The notes beneath the pieces were generated by a model. The model was given only the letters and a program-made list of their open reading frames with translations, ran no database searches and was not told where the DNA came from. The position numbers were made by a program, and so were the translations under genes. A DNA stretch of 63,106 nucleotides, filler included, from Octopus bimaculoides (Eukaryota), in NCBI RefSeq assembly GCF_001194135.2. It is 5 parts of 4 records of this genome, joined end to end, with 100 filler letters (N's around TTAATTAATTAA, not from the genome) between each part and the next. Parts side by side here need not be neighbours in the genome. Positions count along the whole stretch, not along the records: positions 1 to 25,882 come from NC_068985.1; 4 more parts are not named here. One strand, written 5' to 3'. How positions within the stretch are numbered: position 1 is the stretch's first letter; the number at the start of each line of letters is the position of its first letter. Below are positions 1 through 13,187 of the stretch, piece by piece.

Positions 1-190
1 ACCTCGATGGCATTTGAACTCAGAACACAAAGGCGGACGAAATGCCGCTAAGGATTTTGCTCGGCGTGTTGACGATTCTGTCTGTTCGCCACCTTGGCTT
101 GTTGACGATTCTGTCTGTTCGCCACCTTGGCGTGTTGACGATTGTGTCTGTTCGCCACCTTGGCGTGTTGACGATTCTGCTAGCTCGCTG
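1..190 (-). mobile_element. tRNA-derived SINE family A, 5' part, with a 33-bp head segment repeated about 3.5 times
   Basis: Minus strand has B-box-like GAGTTCAAATGCC. Unit cgtgttgacgattctgtctgttcgccaccttgg repeats at ~65-175 and its reverse complement resembles the family A head. Confidence 0.85.
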
Positions 191-741
191 TTTTTTCTCT
201 TATTTATAATGATTCTCGCTACTTATAGGTACAAGGTACTCCATCGGTACTTATTTTATCGATCTCAAAAGGATGAAAGGCAAAGCTGACCCTGACCCCG
301 GCTGGGTTTTGAACTCAGAACGAAAAGAGCTGGAGAAAATCTCGTTAAGCATTCCATCTGACACGCTAACGCTTCTGCCTGTTCGTCACCTTCGCCTGGT
401 TATAACGATGAAAAAGTTTAAAATTACGACAGTATTACATACGAAATATTCCTTACTCTAACACTAAGCTACATACTTACTGAGTAAATGTGTAATTCAG
501 ATGAATATATCCTCAGTAGATTGCAGATGCTTATAGCAATCATGGGAGTCTGAATGACAAAGTCAGTTCGTGACTATCGCGTTAGGAATTACAGGGGTCA
601 CAAAGGTTTTCAAACACCTGAGAAATTGCATTTCTATTAGAAAGTTTATTTCGTAGAGCTACTTAGAGTGGCTAAGCACGTTCTTGTGAACTTTAAACTG
701 TTTTTAGTCTTTACATTACTATGGGTACTTTTTGCATATTT

Positions 742-823
742 AGATATGAATTATTATCTCCGCCCTAGCGAAGGCGGAGGTATTGCTTTCAGTCGTGTAT
801 GTTTGTTTGTCCGTGGAGAAGAT
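742..823 (+). mobile_element. Non-autonomous element start resembling Helentron-associated (HINE/DINE-1-like) repeats, cut by N gap
   Basis: ttatctccgccctagcgaaggcggaggtattgctttcagtcgtgtatgtttgtttgtccgt resembles the ttacctccgccaaggaggttatgttttc-type start from memory. A longer copy lies at 20335-20497. Confidence 0.45.
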
Positions 824-1194
824 NNNNNNNNNNNNNNNNNNNNNNNNNNNNNNNNNNNNNNNNNNNNNNNNNNNNNNNNNNNNNNNNNNNNNNNNNNNNN
901 NNNNNNNNNNNNNNNNNNNNNNNNNNNNNNNNNNNNNNNNNNNNNNNNNNNNNNNNNNNNNNNNNNNNNNNNNNNNNNNNNNNNNNNNNNNNNNNNNNNN
1001 NNNNNNNNNNNNNNNNNNNNNNNNNNNNNNNNNNNNNNNNNNNNNNNNNNNNNNNNNNNNNNNNNNNNNNNNNNNNNNNNNNNNNNNNNNNNNNNNNNNN
1101 NNNNNNNNNNNNNNNNNNNNNNNNNNNNNNNNNNNNNNNNNNNNNNNNNNNNNNNNNNNNNNNNNNNNNNNNNNNNNNNNNNNNNNNNNNNNNT

Positions 1195-2330
1195 AACACA
1201 TCGATACCTGTTTCCTCTAACCACCTATCGTACGTAGTAAAGTCTGGAAATGAGGTCCAGCTAAAGTCCGCCTCCCCAAAACAAAATCCAACCATATACT
1301 CTTGTATTTTTTCCTCCTGCCTCTTGTCTGGCATTGCACACAAGTGATGTTCCTCCACGTTATCATACCCCGCAGTTCCAATACACTTTATGTCCCATTC
1401 CGCCGTTTCCCTTAACAGTTCGTCGCTAAGCAACATATATATATCCTACACTTTTTCCTTCTCTTTTTTGACTTGGGGGAGGGGTTTTGGGTTTCTTTGT
1501 ATATGTTTGCCTCTTTTTTTTGTGTCGGATGGGAATGGATAGGCCTAGTGTCTGCAGGGAGTGGGTGGGTCTGAGAGGGTGTGGGTGGGATGGATGTGGA
1601 ATAGGGCTTACAGTTTAGTTCACTTGCCTTTTTTCTTTTTCTTCCTGTCACATTTTCCCATTTATTTTACTCTATTTCCGCTACTTCCTTTTCTTTTTCG
1701 GTTACTTCCTTTCTGCGGTTCTCCTCTATCTCCTCTTTTGTATTCCCTGGTCGCTTTTCCTATGGTTTTCTTGGCTTTGACGTACATTCTGCTCTTATAT
1801 GTCCTTTCAGGCCACATTTAAAGCAGCTTGGAACTCTTCCTTCCACCCTGACAGTCATAATTGTTTCTTCCATAATTATTGTTTCCGCGATCTTTTCCAG
1901 CGTTTCTTTTGAACCCTGGACTATCATATCCAGTGATTGACCTCTCCAGTTGACGCACTCTTTTTTTCTTTGCCTGGAGCATCACTATATTGTCCTTATT
2001 ATCAAAGAGGACCGCATCTGCCACCCAAGTCACATCAATCTCCGGTGGGATTCCTTCAACCGTGACCCTTGTTGCTCTCATGGCTCTATACGTGGGCAAA
2101 AGCACCACTTCTTCGCTCCGAATTGTCGTCGCTGCATGTTTCCTTGCTACTGCTTCATTACGAAACCTCACTTATACGGTTCTAAGCGTTGAACTTCTAG
2201 TCAGGTATATTATGTCTTCCCAAATCTGTTTTAACGCCTTTTCTATTTGTTCTGACGTGACAACATCTATTTTTCCTTTATCTATCGAAAAGGTTCGATA
2301 GATTATCGTCTTTTCCCTTATTCCGTTTTA
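1195..2330 (-). mobile_element. Decayed L1/Tx1-type LINE ORF1 (gag-like, CCHC zinc knuckle)
   Basis: Frameshifted ORF pieces (RFRNEAVARKHAATTIRSEEVVLLPTY...; PKCGLKGHIRAEC region). Homologous to the knuckle-bearing ORF at 19379-19834. Confidence 0.75.
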
Positions 2331-2415
2331 AACCTCTTGCGGGGGCGACAGCTTCACTTAGAACCCATCTCGGTTAATTTCTTCTTTGTGTCTTCCGAAT
2401 TCCCTGATATTCACT

Positions 2416-2777
2416 TCTTATTTCTTTATTTCCCACAAGGGGCTAAACATAGAGGGAACAAACAAGGACAGATAAAGGGATTAAGTCGATTACATCGACC
2501 CCAGTCCGTGACTGGTACTTAATCTATCGACCCCGAAAGGATGAAAGGCAAAGTCGACTCCGGAGGAATTTGAACTCAGAACGTAACGGCAGACGAAATA
2601 CCTATTTCTTTACTGCCTACAAGGGGCTACACACAGAGGGGACAAACAAGGACAGACAAACGGATTAAGTCGATTTTATCGACCCCAGTGCGTAGCTAGT
2701 ACTTAATTTATCGACCCCGAAAGGATGAAAGGTAAAGTCGACCTCGGCGGAATTTGAACTCAGAACGTAACGGCAGA
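2416..2777 (-). mobile_element. Head-to-tail tandem pair of 5'-truncated family A SINEs
   Basis: Two ~180-bp units, each with caaggggct...gtcgat..atcgaccccag...ggatgaaagg.aaagtcgac...aatttgaactcagaacgtaacggcag. The second runs into an N gap. Confidence 0.9.
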
Positions 2778-3258
2778 NNNNNNNNNNNNNNNNNNNNNNN
2801 NNNNNNNNNNNNNNNNNNNNNNNNNNNNNNNNNNNNNNNNNNNNNNNNNNNNNNNNNNNNNNNNNNNNNNNNNNNNNNNNNNNNNNNNNNNNNNNNNNNN
2901 NNNNNNNNNNNNNNNNNNNNNNNNNNNNNNNNNNNNNNNNNNNNNNNNNNNNNNNNNNNNNNNNNNNNNNNNNNNNAAAAAAAAAAAAAAGGCAAAGTTA
3001 GATTACGCAAAATTAAGGTTTACTACATCTGTTAATTTTACTAAAGTAACTTTTACCGACAAGAAGTGATTTAAGTTCGATGAACTCGACGGCTAGTCCT
3101 CTTGGTCAAAGAAAGGTGAACTGATGATGCTGAACAAAAGGCAAATGGTCGGGATGGTATGAGACATGGTCTTTCGAAGTTGATAGTTACGGTTAGAGTG
3201 GCCAAAGAAAAGGCAGAACAGCAAATGAGAGCTTCGCCTCTCAACAGAGAAGAAATAG

Positions 3259-3700
3259 AAGATAATTTTATCCTCTATCAGCAAGTATAACTGTTGTATT
3301 CACATATCAAAAGTAGTCAAGGGATGGATGCAAGACACGAAAATAAGTCTACTGGTATGGCTAGTGTGAAGTTCAGATCTGAACTTAATTGAAAATATAT
3401 GGGAAATGCTGAGACAATTTGTATATGATGGACCAGAAGTGACAAGAGAGGTAGAGTTATGGGGACGGATTTTAGGAGTCAAAAGAAGACTGATAAAAAC
3501 AAAAAGGGATGTTATAATGAACATGTTCGTCTGCAAGTGATCGAAAAGAAAGGTGAGTGTGTGGACTACTGAATCTGGGTAGTACTGTTCGAGAAACAGT
3601 GTCGCATGATTTTATATTAAATTTTCATGAAATACTACTTCAATTTTTACATACGCACTCAGGGAGTGCAATCACAACAGAAATTTTGTGCAGCTGTCTA
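3259..3700 (+). mobile_element. Tc1/mariner transposase C-terminal remnant and 3' flank
   Basis: Degenerate translation FILYQQ..IHISKVVKGWMQ...W...SDLNLIENIWEML...VIEKKGECVDY matches Tc1 motifs FQQDNAPxH, WPxxSPDLNPIENxW and terminal VIxxxGxxxxY. Confidence 0.75.
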
Positions 3701-3898
3701 CATTGTTTCACTCTAAAAGTGTGTTTATTATTAAGTGTTTTTTAAACACATCTCAAGTATTCAAAAAAAGTGTGTCGACTCCCTGTGGGAAAGGACTTAT
3801 TGAATTATGTGGGATGAGATGGTCAAAACTGGAGTACTTTTTGTTACAGCTCTTTTCGCTCAGGGCTGACCTGAAGTTAAATAACGATAATCTTTTCT

Positions 3899-4090
3899 GC
3901 TATAGGTTCAAGGCCTGGAATTTGTGGGGAGAGGATAGGCGATTACATCGACCCCAGCAATTGATTTATCAGCTTCGAAAGAATGAAAGGCAAAGTCGAC
4001 CTGGTGGAATTTGAACTCAGAACGTAGCGACAGACGAAATACCGCTAATCATTTCGTCCAGTGTCCTAGCGATTCTGCCAGCTCGCTGCT
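3899..4090 (-). mobile_element. Family A SINE
   Basis: Reverse complement of head ggcagcgagctggcagaatc, B box and the gtcgactttgcctttcat core. Confidence 0.85.
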
Positions 4091-6111
4091 TAAGTTAAAT
4101 AACGATAATAGCAATAAGAAACAAAAGCAAGTCGATCAGGGGGCGTCTATCTGGTCGCTGGATCTGCTAGAAGTAGCAGTGTCTTCAGAGCGAAAGAGCT
4201 TGGATGATGTGAAACCCAGATAGACATAGTATGATTAAATAAAAGACAGGATGGGTGGCCACGGTTTCGATCTGGACCTTAAAAAATAACAGCAACAAAA
4301 ACACCACCACCACCACCACCAACACAAGCAACNNNNNNNNNNNNNNNNNNNNNNNNNNNNNNNNNNNNNNNNNNNNNNNNNNNNNNNNNNNNNNNNNNNN
4401 NNNNNNNNNNNNNNNNNNNNNNNNNNNNNNNNNNNNNNNNNNNNNNNNNNNNNNNNNNNNNNNNNNNNNNNNNNNNNNNNNNNNNNNNNNNNNNNNNNNN
4501 NNNNNNNNNNNNNNNNNNNNNNNNNNNNNNNNNNNNNNNNNNNNNNNNNNNNNNNNNNNNNNNNNNNNNNNNNNNNNNNNNNNNNNNNNNNNNNNNNNNN
4601 NNNNNNNNNNNNNNNNNNNNNNNNNNNNNNNNNNNNNNNNNNNNNNNNNNNNNNNNNNNNNNNNNNNNNNNNNNNNNNNNNNNNNNNNNNNNNNNNNNNN
4701 NNNNNNNNNNNNNNNNNNNNNNNNNNNNNNNNNNNNNNNNNNNNNNNNNNNNNNNNNNNNNNNNNNNNNNNNNNNNNNNNNNNNNNNNNNNNNNNNNNNN
4801 NNNNNNNNNNNNNNNNNNNNNNNNNNNNNNNNNNNNNNNNNNNNNNNNNNNNNNNNNNNNNNNNNNNNNNNNNNNNNNNNNNNNNNNNNNNNNNNNNNNN
4901 NNNNNNNNNNNNNNNNNNNNNNNNNNNNNNNNNNNNNNNNNNNNNNNNNNNNNNNNNNNNNNNNNNNNNNNNNNNNNNNNNNNNNNNNNNNNNNNNNNNN
5001 NNNNNNNNNNNNNNNNNNNNNNNNNNNNNNNNNNNNNNNNNNNNNNNNNNNNNNNNNNNNNNNNNNNNNNNNNNNNNNNNNNNNNNNNNNNNNNNNNNNN
5101 NNNNNNNNNNNNNNNNNNNNNNNNNNNNNNNNNNNNNNNNNNNNNNNNNNNNNNNNNNNNNNNNNNNNNNNNNNNNNNNNNNNNNNNNNNNNNNNNNNNN
5201 NNNNNNNNNNNNNNNNNNNNNNNNNNNNNNNNNNNNNNNNNNNNNNNNNNNNNNNNNNNNNNNNNNNNNNNNNNNNNNNNCTATCATCATCATCATCGTC
5301 GTCGTCGTCGTCATCGTCATTACCACCACCAACACTACCGACCACCGCCATTGATGTCAATGCTATTTATTTATTTATTTATTTGTTTATTCATTTATTT
5401 ATTAGTATGCTTAAATTCAGAAAGTTGTCTTGGAGAATTATTTCTGATCAAAGAGAACAATCTCTCACCAAAGAAGAAAAAAGCAAAAAGAAAAAAAAAA
5501 CCCTAAAAAAGTCAGAAATATCGCCTCTTAACGATTGCCACCAGGCTCGTGATAGCAGTCACACGAACTCAATTCCTGGACACACACACAAACACACATT
5601 GGTGTATTTGGGCGGGTCATTAAACCAATAATCAACACACTGATTCAATTTCACTTCTATATTAGCAGTCAATCCGTTAGTTATTTAACCAACCACCTAA
5701 TCGATCGTTTCCTTAAACAGTCGGCTAAACAATCAGTCGTTTGTTTGATTGGGTTGTTAAACAGCTCACCAACTGATTAATAACAAAGAAGTGAAATAGA
5801 ACCAACGCGTGTGTGTATTATTGGCATAATGACCCTCCCAAGAAACAACAAAGTATGTTTCAACACATAATTTCACATCAAGATTATTGCAAACCAAATA
5901 CGAAAACGAAATTTAACGAAATCTTCGAGAAAGGCAACAAAAAAAAAAAGAAAATCGGAAAGAAACCATAAGACAACAGAAAGACGTTAAACGTAACAAA
6001 AATATTGTCAAAATGTATTATGGTTCCAAAGTCTTAAATACACACTACTTTGATATGTATGTATATATGTGTGTATATATGAATATGTCTGTGTATATAG
6101 TGTATATACAC

Positions 6112-6425
6112 ATGACTGGCGCTCCGTCGGTTACGATGACGGGGGTTCCAGCTGATCTGATCAACGAACTGCCTGCTGGTGAAATTAACAAGCAAGTGGC
6201 TGAGTACTCCACAGACAAGTGTATCCTCAATGTAAGTCTCAGGGACATGCAGCATGACATAGAATGCGACAAGGCTGACCCCTTGAATTACATGTACCAC
6301 TCACTTTTGCCAGCTGAGTAGGCGGGCAAAAATGTGAAATAAAGCGTCTTACGCGCCGCTGGGAATCGAACTCTCGACCTTACGTTCGTGAGCCGAATAC
6401 CTTGACCACTAACCCACGCGCCTTC
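6112..6425 (-). mobile_element. tRNA-derived SINE family C, full length
   Basis: Minus head gaaggcgcgtgggttagtggtcaagg...gagttcgattccc (A and B boxes). Body matches 11988-12318. Confidence 0.85.
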
Positions 6426-7149
6426 ATATAAGCACACGCGCACAGACACAACTATATCACGGACTCATCTGTGGTAGACGACAGAAGAGAGTTTCGCGGT
6501 TTCTTGCCAATCAACTTGTACGGATGATTTGTTTATAATGATCAAATGTTTGCGCTTCTCATTAGCTCACTGTCTCCAGCGAATCAACGTTGTCTGCACA
6601 GGTGCAAAGTTATCCACACACACACGCACACACGCACGCACAAGAGCGAAATAGAGATTTGAGATCGTTTGGAGCGGAGAACGAGAAACAATAATAGGCC
6701 TTGTGGAGTATATTTTGTTCTCTGTCGTGTGAACCATTGCTGTCAACTATGGTTGCCAAGTTAAAGTGAGTGCGGAAATCGAAGGCAGGAGATTAACTAT
6801 GCAGCGGATTAGCTACTGGGAGAAGCTGAAAGAACAAAGACTCCGCTCCGAGAAGCAAAAGCAAAGATGGGGAAGATATGGAACGATACACACACACACG
6901 CACATCCGCGCGCGCGCGCACACACACTTATGTAAATCGTTGCTATTATGTTAAACTGTCGTATGTCCAAATTTGGTTAAATGCGTTTTTTTCAATATTT
7001 ATTTTTGCTCGCAATAGCCGGTTCTTTTGGTCAAACTATCCTATCTCCAGCTCCTTCAGATGCCAAAATATCAAAAATTGTCAGAATGTAGCACAACGGT
7101 TTTGATTTGGGATGGTGAAACTATTTTTTCGTTTCAAAGCAATGTTTTG

Positions 7150-7178
7150 GATTTACGACACTTTTGCATAATAGCAAC

Positions 7179-7216
<38 letters not shown>

Positions 7217-7420
7217 CATATGCATGTATATATTTATGTATATCTACATGTATGTATATGTATATCTATCTATATATATATATGTATTTCTATATATGCA
7301 ATGTGTATATACATATAATTATATGTATATATACATACATAGATGCATATATCTATATATATGCATTCATAGATATGTGTGTATATGTATATATATATCT
7401 ATATATACACACACATTACA

Positions 7421-7457
<37 letters not shown>

Positions 7458-7483
7458 GTATCTTGTGTGTGTGTGTGTGTGTA
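7150..7483. repeat. Compound (CA)n/(TA)-rich/(TG)n microsatellite
   Basis: Direct reading. Confidence 0.95.
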
Positions 7484-7860
7484 AGATTCTGAAAGGAGTA
7501 GCACCAGACTTTGACATTCAGAGCAATACCAATCCCCAGACTGGCTTTAGACGCTGCAGGCTGTCAACCCCACCCCCACTCCATTTAGAATCAGACAAGC
7601 GTAGATACTGGAACAGCCCAGGACTTCAGACCCAAAGCTGTTCCAATGTTTTACTACAAAATATCTACATGGACTGGTTGTAACAATGTCCGAGAAAAAC
7701 CAGGATATTTACCTGTCTGAGATTCCAGGTGAGTCTACGTCACAGTAACAAATATGTAGAAGACAGAAGCATCGAAGTCTATCATTGTTCAAGTAGTAAC
7801 TACAGGAAGAGGTCGGTAGAAGCAGTAAGAACAGCAACGGTAGGGCTCAGCATAGACTCC
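7484..7860 (+). mobile_element. Decayed 3' end of a CR1-group LINE
   Basis: KILKGVAPDFDIQSNTNPQTG...RRYWNSPG...DIYLSEIP resembles the CR1-type ORF2 C-terminus (KILxGxxPNFGIxSYTNxRTG...YCNSLGxxGPxLFN...LDxxLSxIPDEP). Confidence 0.65.
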
Positions 7861-7894
7861 CCCCAGGGGCTGGAACTAGTAGAGGAGTAAAAGA

Positions 7895-7928
<34 letters not shown>

Positions 7929-8399
7929 TCTATACATACATACATACATACATACATACATTACATAGAAATTCCGAGTAGACTCAGCTTTGAATAAATT
8001 TTCACACACACACACACACACAAACAAATACACACACACACACNNNNNNNNNNNNNNNNNNNNNNNNNNNNNNNNNNNNNNNNNNNNNNNNNNNNNNNNN
8101 NNNNNNNNNNNNNNNNNNNNNNNNNNNNNNNNNNNNNNNNNNNNNNNNNNNNNNNNNNNNNNNNNNNNNNNNNNNNNNNNNNNNNNNNNNNNNNNNNNNN
8201 NNNNNNNNNNNNNNNNNNNNNNNNNNNNNNNNNNNNNNNNNNNNNNNNNNNNNNNNNNNNNNNNNNNNNNNNNNNNNNNNNNNNNNNNNTAGTTTAACGC
8301 AACAAATTCATTTGACTAAAATCACTGACGTTTACATTTTATAATATTATAATATTGATCATATCAAACTGATATATATATATATGTAATTAATAAATA

Positions 8400-8590
8400 T
8401 TCTTTTCTACTCAAGGCACAAGGCCCGAAATTTTGGGACAGGGGTGGGGCAGTCGTTTAGATCGATCCCCAGTACGCAACTGGTACTTAATTTATCGACC
8501 CCGAAAGGATGAAAGGCAAAGTCGACCTCGGCGGAATTTGAACTCAGAACGTAAAGACAGACAAAATACCGCTAAGCATTTCGCCCAGCA
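8400..8590 (-). mobile_element. Family A SINE
   Basis: Near-consensus core atcgaccccgaaaggatgaaaggcaaagtcgacctcggcggaatttgaactcagaacg. Confidence 0.9.
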
Positions 8591-8726
8591 TGTTCACCTA
8601 GGATCTATGTGGCGTTGTACGTTTCTCACCCGATAATGAGAACCTCGTCAAGGGCAGCCAAAGACTGTATGGTGGTGTCAACTCAGATAAAGTATTAAGT
8701 CTACCATTTGTGGGAAAGTGATTCAA

Positions 8727-9059
8727 AATGAATATTTGATCGTAGCTCAATATGAACATTTGATCGTAGCTCAATATGAACATTTGATCGTAGCTCAATA
8801 TGAACGTTTGATCNNNNNNNNNNNNNNNAATGAATATTTGATCGTAGCTCAATATGAACATTTGATCGTAGCTCAATATGAACATTTGATCGTAGCTCAA
8901 TATGAACGTTTGATCGTAGCTCAATATGAACTTTTGATCGTAGCTCAATATGAACATTTGATCGTAGCTCAATATGAACATTTGATCGTAGCTCAATATG
9001 AACGTTTGATTGTAGCTCAATATGAACATTTGATCGTAGCTCAATATGAACATTTGATC
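8727..9059. repeat. 24-bp minisatellite (tgatcgtagctcaatatgaacatt), about 13 units, with a 15-N gap
   Basis: Direct reading; units vary mostly at a two-base site (cat/cgt/ctt). Confidence 0.95.
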
Positions 9060-10169
9060 TGAGATGAAATCTCCATTTTGATCAAATGTTCATTAATATA
9101 TGCACATAGATACAGGGTGGTACACGTTAGTACACGGACCCATATCAAAATACACAAACCCGTATCAAACACACCGCTGCAAATAAGGAAAAAAAGAAAC
9201 AAGAGATCCCACATTGCAAATAATCTATCTGTGTCCTGATAGCTTCGAAGGATACTTTCTGTAGCTCATCCTCAAACAGCATCACCACTATAACGATAAT
9301 AAAGACAATCTCCCAACATACTCCTCCTTCTTCTCGTCCTCAATACAACCGCCATCATTATAATCACTACTACAAATATCATTGCCATAATACAAATATA
9401 GAGAGAACGTCTACGTGTTAAGTAGATCTGCTAGAAATGACAGCTAAATTTGTCCCAGATCACATTCTATTGTCTTAAATAAAGGATATATTGGACAATA
9501 TAGTCCTTGATATACAATAAGACGGATGATGATGGGTAGAATGTCCTTGATCATAGATGTGTTTGATCTTGACTGAACCGAAACCCAAACACTAACAACA
9601 GCCAACACTAAATTACAACAAAACTAGCCTCATGATAGCGTTCATGCCAACCATTATCCCTATTAACTTCACTGTTAACCTCTTAACATAGACATTTTTT
9701 TTTCAATTTCCATGCCCCGCAAAATCATATTTCTTTTATTATTTATTTTGAATTTGTATATAAGGAAGAATAAGTACCCAAATTATTTCGGATTAGTTAT
9801 GCTTTATTATGAAGTTATTTATAGGAATGATAGTTACGGACAGTTAACGATAGAGAAGACGGGAATAACATCACGAACGGGAATAACATCGGGTCAGAAA
9901 TAAGTCAGGAATAAAGTCAGAGTACAGTAAAGTCAAAGTACACCTCAGAGTACAGTGAACATACATTTTCGTTCAACTATATATTTACTAGACATCTCTG
10001 AACAAAAATATACGGGATAATATGTTAACCTTTAATTAAACATTAACTTCTTTTTTTCCCTCCCAACCTCAAAACATCATCCGTAGTTGTCTGTAACTGG
10101 GATAGAGAATATTGATTGATTCATAGGTTCAAGAAATAAATTTCTTTTGTATGCGTGTGATTATAGCGA

Positions 10170-10339
10170 TCTCAGTACTTGACTGGTCGTTAATTTATCT
10201 TTCTCCGAAAAGAGGCAAAAAAAGGCAAAGTCGAGCTAGGCGGGAATTTGAACCCACAACGTAATTAGATGAGACTAAATACTGCAAATATTTTGTGTGG
10301 CATTTTACTGTCAGCACCAATCCAATGCATTACCAGAAA
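10170..10339 (-). mobile_element. Diverged family A SINE
   Basis: aggcaaagtcgagctaggcgggaatttgaacccacaacgtaa core. Confidence 0.7.
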
Positions 10340-11987
10340 NNNNNNNNNNNNNNNNNNNNNNNNNNNNNNNNNNNNNNNNNNNNNNNNNNNNNNNNNNNNN
10401 NNNNNNNNNNNNNNNNNNNNNNNNNNNNNNNNNNNNNNNNNNNNNNNNNNNNNNNNNNNNNNNNNNNNNNNNNNNNNNNNNNNNNNNNNNNNNNNNNNNN
10501 NNNNNNNNNNNNNNNNNNNNNNNNNNNNNNNNNNNNNNNNNNNNNNNNNNNNNNNNNNNNNNNNNNNNNNNNNNNNNNNNNNNNNNNNNNNNNNNNNNNN
10601 NNNNNNNNNNNNNNNNNNNNNNNNNNNNNNNNNNNNNNNNNNNNNNNNNNNNNNNNNNNNNNNNNNNNNNNNNNNNNNNNNNNNNNNNNNNNNNNNNNNN
10701 NNNNNNNNNNNNNNNNNNNNNNNNNNNNNNNNNNNNNNNNNNNNNNNNNNNNNNNNNNNNATATATATTACATATGTATGCATTTGTTTGTTTATGTGTA
10801 TATGTGTATATTGTGATTATTTCTACAGGCATATTTCTAAGTATTGCTTTCAATTTCTATTAGTTTCGTGTTTTGTATTAATTATTCTGCATTCAATATA
10901 ACACAATACATTTAAATATTTTATTATTTTTTGTAGCAATTAAATAAATGATTATTTCTCGTTAAATTTCTCAGTTTTTTTTTGTATTTGATTATTTTTA
11001 TTTTTTATTTTAAAAATATTTTTACATCTTTAATACTTTTTTAAATTCCATTTTTTAAACATTTTCTTATAAAAATTTATTTATTTTTTATGTCCAAAAG
11101 CTGTATTAACTTCGCCAGTCAGTCAGTCAGTCAGTTTAGTTTAAACTTTTAATACAAATAATTTCACGAACGACAAAGAAATATAACCTAAATGTTGGTC
11201 TTTATGTACCATATATGGGTATCTGAAGCGTTATAACGCAAAGTATTATAAGAAATATTAATTTCTTACTCAGATACAAGGCCAGAAGTTAATTGCGTGG
11301 GATTCGTGCTTTTCTGGAGGATATTTACAATCTAAGCAGAATGAAGGAAAATAATTGCCCCCAGGAATTAAAACTGGGTTCTCGTCGACCCCGGTTTACC
11401 AAGAGAGCTTATCTCTCTTTCCCGACGGTGCTTTCCACGTTTTGAGAATGGGGAGCTTTGACGTTCATATTTTCTCCAAAGTGCTTAGTTTAATAAAGAA
11501 TAGGAACAAGCTACCCTCTGGATTCGAAACCGGTTACTGATTTAGCGCGTGAGAAGCTCTATGGTTTTAACTTCACAGTTCTCACCTCATACCGGCTTAT
11601 TAAGGCCTGTAATAAATCAAGGACAAGTAATAGATGAATAAATAAGAATAATATAATTCATATCCATAAGAGAAATCTTTCAGATAACTATACTAATGAG
11701 ATTCAAGGAAAAATACATTTGTAGTAAAAAATATATTCAAAGAAATACACTACAGTTTGAAGTAAGCTTTATTACTAGAACTTCATTTCACTGATAGCAG
11801 TTATTTTAGGAAGTGGTAACTCATATGTACATTAAAGCATTTCGAGTACTACAAAATAGAACTATTTTAAAATTATATTTTGTAATTTTTCCATGGAACA
11901 TACACCCACCATTTAACAAGTTATTTTCTTTTATGTACACACACGCACATATAATTTTTTTTTTCACACACGGAGATAGTTCGGTCT

Positions 11988-12318
11988 ATCTGAACTGGCC
12001 GCTCCGTCGGTGACGACGATGAGGGCTCCAGCTGATACGGTCAACGGAACAGCCTGCTCGTGAAATTAACATGCAAGTGGCCGAGCACTCCACAGACACG
12101 CGTACCCTTAACGTAGATCTCAGAGGCATTCAGCGTGACACAGAAAGTGACAAGGTCGGCCCCCTTGATTTACGGATACTGCTCAATTTTGCAAGCTGAG
12201 TGGGCTGGAGCAACGTGAAATAAAGTGTCTTGCTCAAGGACACAATGCGCCGCCGGGAATCGAACTCAACGAGCTTACGATCGTGAGCCGTTTACCCTAG
12301 TGACTAAACCACGCGTCC
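11988..12318 (-). mobile_element. tRNA-derived SINE family C, full length
   Basis: Matches 6112-6425; minus-strand B box gagttcgattccc followed by ttgtgtccttgagcaagacactttatttcacg. Confidence 0.85.
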
Positions 12319-12388
12319 TTCTTTCTATCTATCTCCATCCTTCCGTTAACAGATTTCCACGCGACTAGAAATAGAGAAGGTACGCAGT

Positions 12389-12451
<63 letters not shown>

Positions 12452-12551
12452 TAGAATGTGTGAACTTGTCAGTGTACGTGTGTTAGTGCGTGTGAAAGAG
12501 GACGTATGGAATTGTAAGAACATGTGTATGTATGTATGTATGTATGTATGT

Positions 12552-13187
12552 TATCAATCAGTTTCATTTCTGTATTTCTTGTCCATAGAGAAAGAGCCGG
12601 ACTCTAACATAGATTCAAGGCTCCTTCATCGGAACTTTTATCAACATCATCTAGGTATTTGTGCATATGTGTGTGTGTGCAGTATTTGGTGTTAGTGTAT
12701 GCGCAGATTTGTATGTTTGTTTTATGGATGCGTTTTTATGTCTAGATGCATGCATATGTATTTATGTGCTAAATATTTGGAAAGTTTTACATATCTTTAC
12801 AGTTCCATTGATGGCTTGAATCTGTAGTCTTCTAATCAGCCTTTTTCTTTCAGGTTTTGAGAACCCTAATTTTTCCAGGTTTTTGTTGANNNNNNNNNNN
12901 NNNNNNNNNNNNNNNNNNNNNNNNNNNNNNNNNNNNNNNNNNNNNNNNNNNNNNNNNNNNNNNNNNNNNNNNNNNNNNNNNNNNNNNNNNNNNNNNNNNN
13001 NNNNNNNNNNNNNNNNNNNNNNNNNNNNNNNNNNNNNNNNNNNNNNNNNNNNNNNNNNNNNNNNNNNNNNNNNNNNNNNNNNNNNNNNNNNNNNNNNNNN
13101 NNNNNNNNNNNNNNNNNNNNNNNATCCGGTCTATTATGTCTGCACTTTATTGAGGTTTTTATTGGGACATTCCACCAATACTCTTTC

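Noticed and set aside
8718-9062. Repeat-protein ORF (IVAQYEHL)n, or a CRISPR-like array
   Set aside because: A 24-bp unit keeps frame automatically. There are no unique spacers, no cas genes and no splice context.
9676-10030. piggyBac-like MITE bounded by TTAA
   Set aside because: Only about 8 bp of terminal inverted match in AT-rich DNA.
11370-11570. Additional tRNA-derived SINE on the minus strand (B-box-like ggtttcgaatcc)
   Set aside because: Single copy in the window and no clear A box, so no family can be assigned.
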